NCBI GenBank assembly: GCA_009602725.1
Contig: WELB01000020.1
Location: 439,790-494,722, forward strand
Source of the DNA: Spirogloea muscicola
Taxonomy: Eukaryota
Reading direction: 5' to 3'
Length of the DNA stretch: 54,933 nucleotides
Part shown: positions 53,101 through 54,933 of the stretch, in pieces
How positions within the stretch are numbered: position 1 is the first letter of the stretch
Layout: each line of letters starts with the position of its first letter
Position numbers and translations under genes: made by a program
Notes under the pieces: model-generated
What the model was told of the DNA's origin: nothing
The model's input: the letters and a program-made list of their open reading frames with translations, nothing else
Databases searched by the model: none

Positions 53101-54933
53101 GCCTTGCAGTCCTTATTTCGATGGCCCTCGCCGCAGCAGCAAAAGCAGCCACCATTCTCCAGCGCCGGCTCCCGAAGCCTCCTCAGCAACTCATATTCAG
53201 CCCCTCCTTGGTCCGAAACCTCGTCGTGCCCCGCTCTGCCTCCGCAGATGCTCCCGCCTCCAGCAGGGAGCGCTTGCCCAGTCCACTCGCGGGAGTGCTG
53301 AGCACCTTCCTGGCGTGCTTCGCCAACTTGCAAACGATGGTGGAGCAACACCACTGGAGCAATAGTGACACACCAGGCTGTTTGCAAGCAAACCTGGGAG
53401 TAGGGCGGCTGCGCCGTCTGGAGGCACGACAAGACAAGCCCGGCCATGTCGGGGGCGTGGCGGACAAACGGCGGCGACTGCAACGCGAGCAGCGCCAGGT
53501 CCAGCGCCTCATTGCTTCTGCACAGAAGCCCTGCTCAAAATCAGATTGCTCACAAGAATGCATTATCGAGTCTGAAGCTAGAGTCCAGGGTCACATTGCT
53601 ATTTTGGTGCGAGGCCTGATGCAATTCTGCTCACGCAGGCGAGGCCGCTGCATCGTCCAGACGCAACCGCAGGGCGGCCACCGCAGCTGCCAGCACGGTG
53701 CCATCCAGGTGCCCGGCCGCGTCGGCAACATCGCGTAAGGACTCATTGTGCACCGCCAGTGTGATGCCCATAGCGGCTCTCACCCTCTGCATATGCATGT
53801 ACCACAGACTATCATTATCGTGATCGCAGTAGGCCCCAGCTCCTCTTCAGTGGGCTGAATGTGTTCTATGTAGGGATGCTAAGGCTATGAATGCACGTCC
53901 TTGAAGAGTAGCAAGGAAAATCTCAAGAGGACCCGGTCAAGTGTGCAAAGTGATTGATAATTGGTGGCTGTGCTGACCGCAGCAATGTCGGCGTAGCGCT
54001 TGAGGTGTAGCTGCACTCCAATCCATAGCGCCTCCTGATGGGCGCCAGCCGCTTCCTTGGTGGTACCAGGGGTGGCCAGAGCGGGCGACAGAAGATGCGC
54101 CACAGCGGCGCGGAACTGCCCTTTCAAGGGCCCGCCAGCAAGGCCGGGCACGAGGCACGTGAATGCTAGCCCGTGCTGGATGGTGCGCCCGTCCAGCGCA
54201 GACGCCGGCGGCGGCTTACTGGGCGCCACATCTGCCGCCCCTGCTGCTGCCGATGGAGGTGGCTGCAACCTTGGGAACTTGCCGGCGAGTGCCGAAAGCC
54301 ACAGGTCCAGCTGCAGCCGCCACCGTTGCCACCACCGCCAGGAACGACTCAGATGTTAGTTGAGGTACAGCTGAACCCCAACTAAGTTGAGCTGATAACA
54401 TTCAGCTGAACTCTAACTTGAGCTCAGAGAACTTGTGCCTTGATAATGTGAAAGCCATGAAAACCGGATGGATTGGATAGGGTCTGGGACCTCTTCGCGC
54501 GAGGGAGCAAGCTGGCCAATGCGCACGAGGGCGCAGAAGAGGCGCAGGTGTGCGTGTGCGCGGCTTGCGGCACTCCAACCCGCTGCTGCCAGCGCCTCAC
54601 GCGCATCGGCCAGCAGTGCCTCGCGCAGCACCTGGCCTGCCTTGGAGGCCGGCCGGTCACGGCCCGGTGACGGCCCTGCCGAGCCAATGACAGACGCCCT
54701 TGTGGCAAAGTCTGCGGAGAAGGGCCAGGCGACTGCCGGGAGGCCGGCGCCAGCGCAGCCAGCGCCGCCAAAGGCGAGCGACGAGAGCCAGTCGAGTTCG
54801 TCGTGCAGAACGCCGGCGGCCAGCCACGCCGCGGTCTCGGGCAGCGCCAGCGCCGCCGTGAGACCGTCGCGCGCGACCCGCGCCAGCGCTGGCTCAGCTC
54901 CGCACAGCCGCCGGAGGGCATCAGCTGCCGCCT
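50177..54933 (-). CDS. INTS2: Integrator complex subunit 2-like protein, multi-exon, 5' part beyond the window
   Basis: HLRLFCALVRIGQLAPSREE resembles metazoan INTS2 LLRLYCAL-GIAGLKP-EEE. LRECRRLLCGHVSLLLRESPLLLKLLHYQ-GYSLELVEMLVAEVPAM..LLRQTSQRRQLLAVVLVSELAQKWP..LSVA resembles LREVQCLIC--LHQMFIADP-IAKLVHFQGYP-ELLP--V-GIPSM..KQIFAI-L-S-L--QYALPKSLSVA. Assignment is by recalled motif similarity, not a search. Confidence 0.72.
52730..53230. repeat. Intronic inverted duplication of a gag-like CCHC zinc-knuckle fragment
   Basis: + arm GGCFRCGDKGHGIKDGKAPGPSSSRPRPQR..KGKRGYLALSLCVQS; - arm GGCFCCCGEGHRNKDCKAPGPSSSKPRPQR..KWKREYLALNLCVQS. The centre is at ~52975-52985. Confidence 0.75.

Overview
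Eukaryotic, GC-rich, intron-containing nuclear DNA from a green plant lineage. A streptophyte alga is the likely source, inferred from land-plant-like orthologues, GT-AG introns and interstitial TTTAGGG repeats. It is an Illumina draft assembly with N gaps, poly-A artefacts and a leftover TruSeq adapter, and most single ORFs in the six-frame track are exon fragments or noise. Nine spliced genes are supported: a Cys/His-rich plant-type uncharacterised protein, PIG-P (-), augmin subunit 5, a PL4 rhamnogalacturonan lyase, a secreted bacterial-type LTD-OB-EEP (ExeM/NucH-like) nuclease with extensin-like Ser-Pro repeats and EGF-like repeats, an SGK/Ypk/PKB-like AGC kinase, an organellar RsgA GTPase, an omega-3 fatty acid desaturase (-), and an Integrator subunit 2-like gene (-, truncated by the window end). 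Intergenic regions hold many 5'-truncated copies of several subfamilies of a CRE-like (RLE-endonuclease) non-LTR retrotransposon. The subfamilies share a C-terminal SDLxLL[T/S]RGY* motif and a 3'-UTR GGGCTG...CAGCC stem-loop. They insert repeatedly into or beside each other's 3' ends, with four readable target-site duplications, pile up upstream of genes, and were not seen in introns.
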